The position numbers and the translations under genes are program-made. From Eledone cirrhosa (taxonomy: Eukaryota): a DNA stretch of 64,000 nucleotides. The DNA lies in NCBI GenBank assembly GCA_964016885.1, contig OZ024756.1, positions 21,886,001 through 21,950,000 on the forward strand. Direction: 5' to 3'. Every line of letters starts with the position of its first letter. Position 1 is the stretch's first letter. Positions 44,938-60,571 of this stretch are shown here, in pieces. The notes below the pieces were generated by a model. That model ran no database searches. It saw only the letters and a list, made by a program, of their open reading frames with translations, and was not told the DNA's origin.

Positions 44938-45105
44938 GAATGTGTGTTGTGTGTGTATGTGTATGTATGTATGCATATATATATATATATATAGAGATTA
45001 TATAGAGATTACAGTAATCAAAGTTCAGTTTAAGTCATTTATTTGCTTACAATTGTTTCCTCCAAACCGAGGTTCGGGTCCTTCGGAGCAGTTATATATA
45101 ACTAT

Positions 45106-45145
<40 letters not shown>

Positions 45146-45164
45146 ATAATAATAAATTTATATA

Positions 45165-45348
45165 ACGAAGGAAATGTGGTAAGGAACCAGATGGACCATA
45201 ACGCACCAAAGTACTCAATACTTAGGGTAGTAGAGTGGGTAATAGGAACGAGTAGGACCCCGACAGCTGAGCTCAAGCCGTTTCGACGGCTAATTCCAGA
45301 ATTAGCCGTCGAGACGGTTTGAACTCAGTCGTCGGGGCCCTACTCGTT

Positions 45349-45350
<2 letters not shown>
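45165..45350 (-). mobile_element. Family A fold-back element
   Basis: As other copies. Confidence 0.85.
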
Positions 45351-45398
<48 letters not shown>

Positions 45399-45424
45399 CA
45401 CACACACACACATATATATATATA

Positions 45425-45685
45425 TTTCATTTCTGAATTTATTTAGCAAGATCCTTTATCTGAAACGTGTTGGAACCGATTTTGTTATACTTTGGAAGGG
45501 TCATGTTGCCAATAAGAAACACACGCATCAGATGCTTTCACTTCAATTTATTATAATAAATTTATAAATTTAGGAATTTATAAATTTCCGGTTGGTTGGT
45601 TGGTTCCACAACCGGATGATTGTTTATATATTGTCAAAGTTCTTTCGTCACACATTCTGTGACCTCTTCAGTGACTGGGGATTCT
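45425..45685 (-). mobile_element. Family B copy without fold-back, containing a hammerhead at 45633-45675 (-)
   Basis: GUCA-CUGAAGAG-GUCAC-agaaugu-GUGAC-GAAAG-aa-CUU|UGAC. Confidence 0.8.
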
Positions 45686-46082
45686 TATTTTTTTCTTTTT
45701 TTTTATATAATAATAAATATGAAGACTAAAATCCAAAGAGGGCTCGGTTAGGATAAATATATATCAAATATATAAAAACCATAGAGCAAATATTTATTAA
45801 AATAACCGATTAAAGTTTAAGCAAAGAATCGTTGCTATCAGAAGAACCCGTTAAGGGTGAAAGCAGCGATTCTCTGCTTAAACTTTAATCTATTATTTTT
45901 ATATATATACTCTTTTACCCTTTTACCTGTTCCAGCTATCCGGCTGAGGCCATGCTGTGGCGCCGCCCTTGTATATATAGGTATGTATATTACATACTTA
46001 TATATATATATTGAGTTAGAAACTCAAAATAGTCTCTTACAATAAAATATTGTAAGAGACTATTTTTCCGAGCCGTATATTA

Positions 46083-46272
46083 TAATTGTTTCTACTGTTT
46101 GCACAAGGCCAGCAATTCACCAGTGCATTACTGGTACTTTATTTTATCGACCCGTAAGGATGAAAGGCAAAGTTAACCTTGGCGGGATTTGAACTCAGAA
46201 TGGCAAGGGCCGTAACTCTATACGTCAAAACATGGCGTCCGACCCTCTACCAATACTGCCAATCCACCGCCC
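46083..46272 (-). mobile_element. SINE family S1
   Basis: Reverse complement of S1. Confidence 0.85.
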
Positions 46273-46279
46273 TATATTA

Positions 46280-46890
46280 TAATTGAATATGAAAGAGAGA
46301 TAAGCAGAGACATATACATATATGTGTTTAAATCGTAAGGGACCAGATTCGCTAGGGTGAAAAAGATACTAACTATTTTAGTTAAAATCTACCACACATA
46401 GCATCTAACATTTCAGTTTATATCTATCATTCTCTATATATGTAAGGTTATATGTGTGGTTTGCCAGACTCAATTTAAGAATAAATCAAGATATATTGTA
46501 TATACGCACCTTATCATTCCCGGTTGGAGCTGTATAAATGAACTTCATTTATACGCACACTATATTGTATATACGCACACTATTCAGTTTTCTGATATAC
46601 TTAGAAGTGAGGAGTTTACTAATTTTTCACCCACTGATGAGCAATAATAATTGGTTATTCTCTTCACAATTGGATTGCGCAACACCATCGGCACACGCTG
46701 TCTGGGTGATTTGGTAGTTACCACAATTCCGGTTTGTATTTATTTTCTTGATTTATTTTTAAATTGAGTCTGGCGGACCCTATTGTCCATAGTTAGTATC
46801 TTTTTCACCTTAGCGAATCTGGTCCCTTAAGATTTGACCACATATATGTATATGTCTGTGTTTATCTCTCTTGTATATTCAATTATTAGA
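46280..46890 (+). mobile_element. Family L fold-back PLE-like element with a decayed hammerhead (46628-46708)
   Basis: Inverted arms 46280-46375/46790-46885 and 46462-46490/46747-46772. CACCCA-CUGAUGA-GCAAU...AUUGC-GcAAC...GUC|UGGGUG (GAAA mutated to GCAA). Confidence 0.7.
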
Positions 46891-46914
46891 AATATATATA
46901 TATATATATATATA

Positions 46915-47048
46915 GGAAAAAGTATGACCCCGACGGCTTGAGCTCTGCCGTCGGGGTCATACCTTTTCCTATTTCCCACTCTACTACCCTAAGTATTGAG
47001 TACTCTAGTACGTTATGGTCCATCTGGTTCCTTACCACAATTCCTTTG

Positions 47049-47050
<2 letters not shown>
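46915..47050 (+). mobile_element. Family A fold-back element
   Basis: ggaaaaagtatgaccccgacggc/gccgtcggggtcataccttttcc plus tail. Confidence 0.85.
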
Positions 47051-47091
<41 letters not shown>

Positions 47092-47595
47092 CCCAGACAT
47101 ATATACATAGCTACATATATACCCATTCATATACAGACACACACACAAACATATATACATAACCTTACATGTATAGAGAATGATAGATATAAACTGAAAT
47201 GTTAGATGCTATGTGTGGTAGATTTTAACTGTTTAGAATGATATAAATTGTAGAGTTTGACTGAATTGTCAGACACTCGTGTATCACCACATTTTGCAGA
47301 CTTTGAATACATATATAAAGATATTATATCGTATTCAATGGTATTCCTTTGAGAGTTTTCCTCAATATTACAACCCATTGATTATATATTACGTAATATA
47401 TGCTATTAAGGGAATTTATTACAGATTGTAATATATATTATTACGTAACACTACATACACACCTCCCTTCCTTCACAGATATATTTATTCATATAACAAC
47501 CGTCTAGCTAAATTTATGCCACATTTACACACGCTCAGAAAAATCAAGAAAAAAAAAGCGCAACAATAACAATACTAATACCACCACCATTACTT

Positions 47596-47659
<64 letters not shown>

Positions 47660-48478
47660 CACTACTGCTACTGATGCTGCTACTAGTAATAATAATAAAA
47701 TATCAAACTCCATTTAACCCGAAAGTCCACCTACGCATGACGTATCAAAGTGTAGTATCGATTATCCTATAAAAAAATTGATTGGATACCTAGTACACAA
47801 TTTACATCAAAGAATCGTTTGATTATTTGTTTATTATTATTATTATTATTTTTTTTTTGGCATCGTATTTTCTTTTCGATATTGTATTGCCTTTTCCGGG
47901 GAGTCATAACTTATATAGTTTAACAATACTTCTGTAATATTACTTTTACTGAGTTTCTAGTAAATTATTATGTTACGATAAATACGATAAAAGAAACCGT
48001 AGGAAATATGAGCAGAATTTATCGCTTTTTACCTTAAAAGATATGTCTAACTTGTGTTAGATCTCTACGATATAGGAAGTTTTCTCCTAATTACATCAAC
48101 AATGGATAGTGCATCCGAAATATAGAGAAAAGAGCTCTACACCATTCAAAGTTTTCGCCCAACTCCCTCGACAATGACAATGGATAGTACATCCGAAATA
48201 TAGGGACCATTAAAGTAACATTAGCTCTGATTCTTCCTGTTCCTTTTCTCCTCCTCCTGTGAAATCAACCTCACTACTACGCCTCCTCCCCGAGTTTTTG
48301 ACTGAATATTTTCAACACCATTTTTCGTTGTACAAGCTTCCTAAACACAACCAAGTTTCATATTCAGTAATGCCTTAGGCAAACTACAACTCTCTCTCTT
48401 TCTCTCCCCCTCTCTCTCTCTTATTCTCATTTTCCCTCTCCCTCTTACTCTCTCACTCTCTCTCATATCTTTAGACTT

Positions 48479-48511
<33 letters not shown>

Positions 48512-48549
48512 CACATATACATATATATATATGTACATATATATATATA

Positions 48550-48587
<38 letters not shown>

Positions 48588-48610
48588 TATATATATATAT
48601 ATGTACACAC

Positions 48611-48645
<35 letters not shown>

Positions 48646-48715
48646 TGTATATATATATATATGTATATATATATGTATATATATACATATATATATATAT
48701 ATGTATATATATATG

Positions 48716-48746
<31 letters not shown>

Positions 48747-49622
48747 TACACACCGACGTACGTATCAGTTTATAAACATTCAAATTATTTATGCATTTTT
48801 GATATAGAATACGAAGATATTTTTTTTATTCGTTTTATTTTTCTTAGACAACATTTATTAAAAAATGTCAGTAAACAAACAAAGACGAGTTTAATCTGTT
48901 TTGTATTCATATAATGTTGTAATGTTCAAATTATGCGTATTACAATCTGATAGATTTCGTAAAATAATTTCGTAAAATAGAATTATATTTATCCAGATAT
49001 GGAGATCAAATCAGTTAAGTGTAGTGTTCAGTTGAAACAGATATTGATATTTCAAGTTAAAATATACACGTAGAAGGTCAAGTTTCTCACCATAATTGTT
49101 AACGACAATCTACTAACGATTAAAAGTTGCCTACTACCATGAGCCGGATATATTTTTTTCATTGTTTACCAACGCAGTGAGGTTCAATGAGAAGAAAAGA
49201 AGAAATGATTCTTGGCATGACCAATGAGGATGTCGGGGCGACGGAAGCATTGACTATTTTTAAAGTTACATTAGCACTGGTTCTTCCTTTTCCATTCCAC
49301 GTTTATACTCACACCCATCTCTCCTTCCCTTTAGCTGTGTTCTTACAGCATTAATCGATTGAAGTAAATGGCCTCAGCGGAGTGAAGCGAAGTTAGGACA
49401 TCGAACCCACAACTGCTCTAAATTTGGGAAGATCTCAATCCATCATTCATACCTTTTTTTCCCTAGTCAGAAAACCTTATGAGGTCAGCATAAGCTTGTA
49501 TGTGGAATTCGACATGATATCCGTTTAGATACGAAGTTGAAAGAATTGAGAAGCGAGCCTCCATCAATAAACAATGCAGTGTCTAATATCCATATGTATG
49601 TGTGTGTGTGTGTATTTGTGTA

Positions 49623-49713
<91 letters not shown>

Positions 49714-50286
49714 ATAGAGCATTGAAAAATCAGAGGTAGGTAGTTAATTAGTTCATTGTTTTACGATCATTTCAGAGGGTCGATTTAGCGTGGAAGATCG
49801 ATGTATCGACTAGTATTGTAGTCATGAGTCTACTACTTATTTCTAGTCTCGAAATTCCTGTTCAATCGATCTTTCTTAATTATTGAAAACCATGAAACTT
49901 GCGAAACCGGATAAGTTATAAATAATTGGGAATAAACCTTCTTAAAGACTGCTATTTCATTTTCAACTTAAATATGTTAGTTAGTATATAACTACAGTTA
50001 CAGGATACGCGCCGTTCAAAGCACTCAATGCTGTTGCGAGGTTCGGCCTGTGTCGGCGACTGTAGTGTACAGAGTGTAAATAGAATAAATAGAATCGGAG
50101 TCTGCGTTGCAGCATATGTACAACTTTATTGACATATTAAAATTGTCGATATCGATCAGCTCATGGTACAATCAAAATGACGGAAGTCGACTCTTTTTTG
50201 ACATCGTCAGATTTGCGAATTTATATGGGCAACGACACATATCGAAACAATTGTAATGTCGACACACACACACACACACAGACACA

Positions 50287-50401
<115 letters not shown>

Positions 50402-50653
50402 CTAGGAAAAGCAAACAAGAAAAGAAAAGCTTTACTTACTTTAATGTTCCTACTGCAGTTTCATTGAGGAAATAACAATACTCCGAGTATCATCAGGAAA
50501 TATGCAATCAAGAGAAAATATGCAAGACAGATTGGTATCGGTTGGACTTCTTTATATATATGTATTTTAAAAGATAAACAGAAATAACAACACAATCGGT
50601 ACTCTATATGGAAGGAATATACTATGTTAACGCTTGAAATAGCAGGAAGAGGG

Positions 50654-50689
50654 TCTTAATGTTTCGGACGCTAGTCCTTCATCAGAAGA
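50654..50689 (-). ncRNA. Degenerate minimal hammerhead
   Basis: UCUU-CUGAUGA-A-GGAC-uagc-GUCC-GAAAC-AUU|AAGA; the stem III palindrome AACGUU appears mutated to AACAUU. Confidence 0.55.
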
Positions 50690-51163
50690 AAGAATGAGAA
50701 ATACGATAGATTGAGCGGACGCGCGGGTTGGAATTGGAAAAAATGTCTTTTATATATATATATACTTTTGTAAAGATATATATATTTCCTGAATTAATTC
50801 ATATATATATATACATAATTATATATATATGTTCATATACATGCGGCCATAAAACAAAAGTCATTATAGTTACAGCTGGCACACGTTTGTTAACTTGTAT
50901 TTTAAATATAACAAGAAAAAAGAACAAAAGAACTTCATGAGGGCTGGATGATAGAGAACATAAAGCAAAGAATATAAATGATGCCTTTTTATATATTAAT
51001 CGTACGTCTTTGCATCTTTCTACCGCATATTAAGATTTGTGTAGTTTCAATTTTCAGAATATCAGATTAAGAGAAAAAGAAATTTGAATAAAATGAATGA
51101 ATGCAAATATTCCTTTGAACTTTGGGAACGGGATTACTTTGTTGGTTTTCATGTGTTAGTGTC

Positions 51164-51196
<33 letters not shown>

Positions 51197-51288
51197 ATAA
51201 TAAAATGTGGAGAGGAGAAAAAGAGAGAGAGAGACAAAAAAAAGGAAAAAAAAAAATTTTCTTCCCCATAATCGTCTCTTTCTCCCTG

Positions 51289-51337
<49 letters not shown>

Positions 51338-51808
51338 CACATGTGTGTGTGTATATGTATGTATATATATATATATATCACGTATGTGTGTATATGTATG
51401 TATATATGTATATATAGATGACACGTGTGTGTGTATATGTATGTATATATGTGTATATATATATATGACACGTGTGGTTGTATATGTATATATGTGTATG
51501 TATGATGTAAGTATATGTATATATATATATATATATGACACGTGTGTGTATATATATGTATGTATGTGTGTGTGTATATATATATATATATTTATATATA
51601 TTTATATATATGTATGTGTATATATATATATATATTTATAAATATGTATATATTTATATATATTTATATATATATTTATTTATATATATATATATTTATA
51701 TATATATTTATTTATATATATATATATATTTATATATATTTATATATATAATTATATTTATATATATTTATATATATTTATATATATATTTATATATATT
51801 TATATATA

Positions 51809-51890
<82 letters not shown>

Positions 51891-52183
51891 GCTTATCGAG
51901 TTCTGATAAATGTTAATACAGAATCGATGTTTTCTTATTTCCCCCCGTGACCCAAATGATCCTCTATCCTTTTGGCATTCTTTCTATTTTATTAAATAAT
52001 AAAATGTCAGTTAAATACCTTCTGACATTCGCTCTTTTATGTTTGTCATTTTTGCTTACTTTAGAACCTCTATTCCTTTTGATATTTCCCGCTGTTGGGC
52101 TTTGGTTGTTTTGCTATACAAGAACCTCTGACGATTGTATCGGATTCAATATATGTATGTATATATATATATATATATATATA

Positions 52184-52597
52184 TGACCAAAGGTTTAACA
52201 AGATTCATTGATTAATCATTGAATACAGTTTTACAATAGATTAGAAGCACTCAACAGTTGGTTTTCTGGAGTTATTAATATTACTTCAAAATATTAATAA
52301 ATATAGACATTCATGTGATCAAATATATTTTATTATACATATTTCAGAGGTACTGAGCTATTTCATCAGTACGTCCTCATCAGATAAAATAAATTGATGT
52401 CTGACATACCTCGACTGTGCTGATGGTTCACTGCCAAGACTGGAATTGAACCATCAGCACAGTCGAGGTATATGAGACCTCAATTTATTTTATCTGATGA
52501 GGACGTACTGATGAAATAGCTCAGTACCTCTGAAATATATATAATAAAATATATTTGATCAGAGAAATGTCTATACTTATTAATATTTTGAAGTAAT
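52184..52597 (-). mobile_element. Family D fold-back element with two hammerheads (52327-52390 on -, 52487-52550 on +)
   Basis: Inverted arms of about 150 bp; AUUUUAU-CUGAUGA-GGAC-GUACUG...CAGUAC-CUCU-GAAAUAUAUAUA|AUAAAAU. Confidence 0.85.
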
Positions 52598-52622
52598 ATA
52601 TATATATATATATATATATATA

Positions 52623-52833
52623 GATCTTCTACAGGACTAGAACTGTTTCATTCGTGAGAAACCATCAAGGGCTTCCTGGTGAATTCTCCTGATGATTTCT
52701 TCTGGTGATTTCTCACGAATGAAACAGTTCTAGTCCTGTAGAAGCTCTTCTATATTAAAACATTCATACTTTGCTATGTATTGAGTACCTTACTTACTGT
52801 GGTTACCTCCGATTCAACCCGGAATAACTTACC
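52623..52833 (+). mobile_element. Family G fold-back element with a triplicated hammerhead core (52671-52745)
   Basis: GCUUC-[CUGGUGA..CUGAUGA..CUGGUGA]-uUUC-ucac-GAA-u-GAAACAG...CUGUA|GAAGC. Confidence 0.7.
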
Positions 52834-52850
52834 TATATATACATTTATAT

Positions 52851-52935
<85 letters not shown>

Positions 52936-53698
52936 TATATGTGTGTGTATGTATATATATGTATGTATATATGCATGTGTGTGTGTGTATGTATATATAT
53001 ATCTATGTATATATGCACATATATGTGTGTGCGTATGTATATATATATGTATATATGCATGTGTGTGTGTATGTATATATGTGTGTGTGTATGTATATAT
53101 ATGTATGTATATATGCATATATGTATATATGTGTGTGTGTATGTATATATATGTATGTATATATGCATATATATATATATGTGTATGTATGCATATATGC
53201 ATATATATGTGTATGCGTGTGTGTATGTATATATAGGTATGTACATATGCATATATATATGTGTATGTATGCATATATGCATATATATGTGTATGCGTGT
53301 ATGTATGTAAATATACATGTGTAGGTATGTATATATATATGTGTATATGTATATATACATGGTAGTAGTTCGTACAAGAAATTGATCAATACGGATTTCT
53401 GTAAGATTTAATAGAGTTTGTCTATTATTTCTTTAAATTACTTCCACCAAACTAGTAAGTACACTCGACCAAATTAATTCACACGTACAACGCCTGTAGA
53501 AAGTATTTTTAATCTCGGTGCCACACAACACATATCACATGTGCACTCATAAACCGACATTGCCTCATATATACAGACACATACTTACATACGTGGTAGC
53601 GTGTATATATTGGAGGGAAAAACCAAACACCTGCCGGTTTTTCTTGTGGATATGTATACATATATATTTATTTGCTTATCAATATAATATGTATATGT

Positions 53699-53920
53699 AG
53701 TGAAGGCGCATGGCTGAGTGGTAAGAGAATTGGATTCGCGTTCGTGAGGTTGTGAGTTCGATTCCCGGACCGGGCAATGCGTTATGTCCTTTAGCAAGAC
53801 ACTTTATTTCACGTTGCTCCTTCTACCTGGAGCTGTGACCGATAGATAGTATTTGAAATTGGAAAGACCAACGGAAACATTGTTTCCTCGGTCCGATTTG
53901 ACGAAAGTCGATCGACTGTC
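53699..53920 (+). mobile_element. SINE family S2, full length
   Basis: A/B boxes (tggctgagtgg; gagttcgattccc) and S2 body. Confidence 0.9.
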
Positions 53921-54297
53921 ATCATATATATGTGTGTGTATTATAATTGTTTCTACTTTTGGCACAAGGCTAGCAATCATCCAGTGTAAAACTGGTGGTA
54001 CTTTGTTTTATCGACCCCGTAGAAAATACAATGTAACGGGAGGAAACAATAGCACCACTGACGATGTTACAGATGTGCAACGAAAGAACTTTGATAAACT
54101 ATATATATGTGTTTGTGTCTATATTGTATCTGTATTATTTTTGACCGCTGGTCAGTCAATGGCAACATTGAGGACCGAATAAATTAGATTACCGATATAA
54201 AAGACACAGAAGCGAAAAGCGAAAACCAACCAAACAGTGAGTATGTTCTGTTATTAATTCTGGCAATATTACACAAAAATATTTACCATCCTATTGC

Positions 54298-54510
54298 ATT
54301 TGGCAGTATCGGTAGAACATCGGGGTCACTCTCCTTCAGGGAATAGAGTTATGGCCCTTTACATTCTGAGTTCAAATCCCGTCGAGGTTAATTTTACTTT
54401 TCACCCTGGCGGTGTCGATAAAATAAAGCACCAGTAATGCACTGAGGTCGGTTTAATCGACTTTCCCCTGCCCTAAAATTGTTAGTCTTAGGCCTAAATC
54501 AGAAACCATT
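54298..54510 (+). mobile_element. SINE family S1 (diverged); a further minus-strand S1 fragment lies at 53943-54020
   Basis: S1 consensus match. Confidence 0.8.
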
Positions 54511-54640
54511 AATGTTGCTATTAAATTTGTTAGTGTTGTTGATCGTACTGGTGTTGTGTTGGTGTTGTTGTTGCTGTTGATGTTGTTTTTAATCTTTTCA
54601 TCTATTTGTATCATACACATATATAAAATAGTATCTTGTG

Positions 54641-55003
54641 ACTAACTTAACTTAACTTTGATAGGTTTAGGTCAGTATTGGCCCAGGCTATGTCTAACCG
54701 AATAGCATCACCTGGCGAAGTCTTTCAAATCAGGATTTGGACACCATGGTCCACTCAAGTAGAGAGTTATTGTTTACGGAGACATATTCGGGTGTAGGAG
54801 GTTTATCCGGAATTTCTTGAAGGAATTTGTCCAAAGGCTTCTTGAACTTGATGGGGTCTGTTTCTGTTTTAATGTGTTTTGGAGTAATGTTAAAGAGAGC
54901 AGGACCAATTGAGGTGAAATAATTGTGCCGTATTGTTATGAGATGCGAGTGAGATTTTTGTCGTGGGCGGATAGCACGGAGCCCAAGCCTTGGGTGTACC
55001 TTT
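54641..55003 (-). mobile_element. CR1/Jockey-group LINE 3' end
   Basis: HPRLGLRAIRP...IGPALFNITPKHIK...FKKPLDKFLQEIPDKPPTPEY...NSLLEW, a short 3' UTR and an (AAGTT)n tail. Confidence 0.75.
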
Positions 55004-55139
55004 AAAGGTGGTGCCATCATCCTAGTCTTCGCAAGTCACAACACCTTCAATCGAAATATCTGCACAGAAAACTCCTACTTGTCATCAAAGTCTCCTTTAA
55101 CGGTCTTATTGTTCAGAAGTGAACTCTATAAGCATACAA

Positions 55140-55430
55140 GTCGCCCTAACGTCTGCTCTTTCTTCTCTTCTTTCTCTTCTTTTTCGACTCTCTCTCTTCT
55201 ATCCTTTCTCTCTTCTTTCTCTCTCTCCTCTCATCTCTCCTTTCTCTCTCCTCTCCTCTCCTCTCCTCTCTCCTTTCTCTCTCCTCTCCTCTCCTTTCTC
55301 TCTCCTCTCCTCTCCTCTCATCTCTCCTCTCCTCTCATCTCTCCTCTCCTCTCCTCTCTCCTCTACTCTCTCCTCTCCCCATCTCTCCTGTCCCCTCATC
55401 TCCCCTCCTCTCTCCTCTCCTCTCTCTATG
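55140..55430. repeat. (CTCTC)n pyrimidine-rich simple repeat
   Basis: Direct reading. Confidence 0.9.
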
Positions 55431-55788
55431 AACACACATGCACACAAGCACTCATATGTATATATATATCACTATTTCTATAGATATATTTCACCCAATC
55501 ATTAATAATGTCCATGTTATTGTCTCAATATATTAGGCTTGTACCAGTCTTCCATTATATGCTTCATTGCTTTCATTTAACACTTTACATGTTGCTTTCT
55601 GTTGTTGTTGCCCAATACATTTTTAGAAACACATTTCTTTTCTACATTCCTTTTTTTTTTATTGAATCTATATCTTACTCTTTGCTGTTTCACCTAACTC
55701 AGTGTATCCTCTCACCACCCTCTCTCTGTCTATCTATCCATATATATACATATATATAAAAACACGTATATATATATATATATATATT

Positions 55789-55825
<37 letters not shown>

Positions 55826-55954
55826 AATTTAGTTTCTCTAAGTGCATATGTGGACGTGGATGGTGTGCGTATGAGTGTGAATATATATATATATGTGTGC
55901 GTGTGTGTATGTGAATATATATATGTGTGTGTGTGTGTGTGTGAGTGTGTGTGA

Positions 55955-55987
<33 letters not shown>

Positions 55988-56021
55988 AATATATATATAT
56001 ATATGTGTGTGTGTATGTGTG

Positions 56022-56070
<49 letters not shown>

Positions 56071-56118
56071 CTGTGTGAATATATATATATATATATGTGT
56101 GTGTGTGTATGTGAGTGA

Positions 56119-56159
<41 letters not shown>

Positions 56160-56161
56160 AA

Positions 56162-56195
<34 letters not shown>

Positions 56196-56234
56196 AATAT
56201 ATATATATATATGTGTGTGCGTGTGTGTATGTGA

Positions 56235-56269
<35 letters not shown>

Positions 56270-57186
56270 AATATATATATATGTGTGTGTGTGTCAATAT
56301 ATATATATATATGTGTGTCTGTGTGTGTGTGAATATATATATATATATATGTGTGTCTGTGTGTGTGTGAATATATATATATATATATATATGTGTGTGT
56401 CTGTCTGTGTGTGTGAATATACATATGTGTGTGTGTGTGTGATATATATGTGTGTGTGAATATATACATATATATGTATGTGTGTGTTAGTGTGCATGAG
56501 TGTGTAAGCGTATGCGTGTATTCTTTTTATAAATTCCATTTTCCATTCTCTTCTGCTCTCTTGTGATTTTTCAACAACATAATTTTTTGTGTGTGTTTTT
56601 TCAATGAAATATATATTTTTTTATCCCGATCCATCATTACATTCCATTATTCAATAAGTTATTTTGGTATTTTTCAATAATTCAGTTAGTTCAGATAATG
56701 CTGCTCTATGCTGTAATCTGGGTGTATATGTGTTGGTGCTGTATGTGTGCACACATGTATGCGCATACGTATGTTTTTTTTTAAAGTGTATATGAGTTTA
56801 TAAGAGTGTATATGAGTGTATAATATTTGTTAGTCTATGATTGTGTGCGTGAGTGTGTGTGGGTATTTATCTAGAGATGTATGCGTATTAGTATATATGA
56901 ATGTATGTGTATGTATATATGCATGTATGTATATATGCATGTATGTATATATGCATGTATGTATTTATGCATGTATGTATATATGCATGTATGTATGCAT
57001 ATATGTATATACGCATGTATGTATGTATATATATATATATATGCATGTACGTATTTATGTATGCATGTATGTATATATGAATTTATATATGTATGCATGT
57101 ATTTATTTAGGTATGCATGTATGTATATATGTATGCATGTATTTATGTATGTATTCATGGATGCATGCATGTATGTATATATATAC

Positions 57187-57625
57187 GTCGGGCCACTCTT
57201 GAGTGCTACTGGTAACATGTAACCCAGTACAACTTGTTGCATGGTCGGGTCGTCGGCGACTAAACCGGTAACCCCACCAAATTTACTTGGTGAGGAGGGT
57301 GATTTTGGATACCCTGCAGGACAAAAAACAAAACCTGACAAAGGGTGGAATAACTCATAAGGGTCAACGGACATCCAAAAGTGTGTAAATATGTATATAC
57401 ACATGTACATATATATGTATATGTGTATATACATGGGTGCATGTGTATGTATATGCACGGGGACATAGAAATAGTCGGGCTGGACACCTGATCGCGCGGT
57501 TAAACCACTGGGAATGAAGGACCCCTAGCCTTTGTCAGGGCATTCTTCTAGGGGAAGGTAACTCAGGAAACTGGGATAACTCCGATATAAAACCTGCGGC
57601 TCAGTAGTTACCGATGATGTTGATC
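57187..57625 (+). mobile_element. Probable LINE (RTE-like) 5' UTR fragment, second copy
   Basis: Homologous to 9878-10071 and extends further after an internal microsatellite. Confidence 0.55.
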
Positions 57626-58002
57626 TTTTCTTCTTTTCCCTTTCTACAGCAGTATCATGATCCCCTGAAACGTTACTTGCTAGATATATTAACTATTATC
57701 TGTGTAAAAGGAACATGCGGAAATACACGGATCAAATCGCTGATTACATCTATTTGCAGGATCATCAACTTTCGACACTTCCTTGTAGCAACAGATTAAG
57801 TTAAGCTGAACTGACGCTGTTCAGATAACGATGCAGTTATTGTGATAAACCTTCTTTTTCACTTACCTACAATTATAAAGGTTGTTCAATTGAATATTTA
57901 CGACTATGTGTTTGTATATTCGCTAAGCATTAAAAAAAAAGGTTTCTCTCTCTCTTTCTCTATCTCTCTCTTTGTCTCTCTCTCTTTGTCTCTCTCTCTC
58001 TT

Positions 58003-58062
<60 letters not shown>

Positions 58063-58154
58063 TCTCCCTCTTTTTCTCTGTCTTTGTCTCTCTATTTCTC
58101 CCTCTCTTTCTCCTTCTCTCTCTCTCTTTCTCTTTCTCTCCTTCTCTCTCTCTC

Positions 58155-58225
<71 letters not shown>

Positions 58226-58266
58226 TACGAATATTAATAAAATAGATGTTCTTTTGATCAATTAAA

Positions 58267-58315
58267 TTTATTATACATATTTCAGAGGTACAATAGTACG
58301 TCCTCATCAGACAAA
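58267..58315 (-). ncRNA. Compact family D hammerhead
   Basis: UUUGU-CUGAUGA-GGAC-GUAC-uauu-GUAC-CUCU-GAAAUAUGUAUA|AUAAA. Confidence 0.75.
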
Positions 58316-58919
58316 ATATAATGATACATGACATACCCTGAGATGTTAAATGGTTAAGATTTAATCAAGGGACTACCTTGATTAAATCTTAACCATTCAA
58401 CATCTCGTATTTTAATATTAATAATTGTGGAAAATATTTGACTGTAGAGTGCTTCCAATCTACGGTAAAACTCATTCTTTGATGTACTCATGAGGTTTCC
58501 AGAATAAGACTGACGAACGAATGAGGACGTTTCTTGTATTCGTCTTATTCGGGAAACCTCTGGTAATGAGGTCATTATATTGTATTTTTATACTTTAAAT
58601 TTAGCTCTGTAACTTACATAGAGCACTCTTCACACCTATGACTTTTTCAATTTTCAACGGAAACTTCAATACTTATATATATATATATATATAATATATA
58701 TATATTTCCATTTTATAACATGAAAATTCACAAATTTCAACTAATTTCCGGAGATGTAACGTGTACAATATCACCATCAAAATATTTATTAATGAGACAC
58801 TTTCGGTACAGAGCATTTCTGAGTTTATATGCAGAAGCGACCACCTGTGTTGTTCGCGCTAGCCTTAGGTATCTGGTCTTTAATTCGAAGAAATACCTAT
58901 GATGGCTAGTAGATCACTG

Positions 58920-59900
<981 letters not shown>

Positions 59901-60084
59901 ATATGCATGAACTGAGATTTTGATGATATCAATAATATATGACTACACCATTTATCTCTACACCATTTATCACATGCTATCATGTCATCAAATTAGATAT
60001 ATTCTTTACATCTAATTATTTAATTAAGGTATTTCATGTGAATACACACCTTCGCTATCAATTTCCTCCTTCCTTCAATAAGGC

Positions 60085-60395
60085 ATTCTTCTTTTTCTTC
60101 TTTTTCTTCTTCTTCTTCTTCTTCTTCTTCTTCTTCTTCTTCTTCTTCTTCTTCTTCCTTTACTTCTTTTCTTCTTTTTCCTTTACTTCTCTTTCTTTAT
60201 TTTCTTCTTCCTTTTCCTTGCTCTTTTTCTTCTTTTTCTTCTTTATCTTTCTTCACCTTTTTCTTCTTTATCTTCTTTTTCTTCTCTTTCTTCATTTCTT
60301 TCTTCTCTTTCGTTTTCGTTTCTTTTCTTCTTCTTCTTCTTCTTCTTCTTCTTCTTCTTCTTCTTCTTCTTCTTCTTCTTCTTCTTCTTCTTCTA
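60085..60395. repeat. (TTC)n repeat; (GTA)n at about 60510-60580
   Basis: Direct reading. Confidence 0.9.
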
Positions 60396-60526
60396 ATTAC
60401 TATCATTATCATTATTTATTCATTATGAATATTATAACTCTTTATTACAGTGTCATCAGTTTTGTTGTTGTTGTTGTTCTTTTCTAGATTTTTGCGTTTC
60501 AGATAAGCGAAGTAGTAGTGGTGGAT

Positions 60527-60571
<45 letters not shown>

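Noticed and set aside
58493-58560. Hammerhead-like hairpin (CUGACGA plus stem)
   Set aside because: No GAAA/stem III follows stem II; at most a deleted relic. Similar incomplete cores at about 9360, 13025, 36600, 45060, 50490, 52128 and 58916 were not called.
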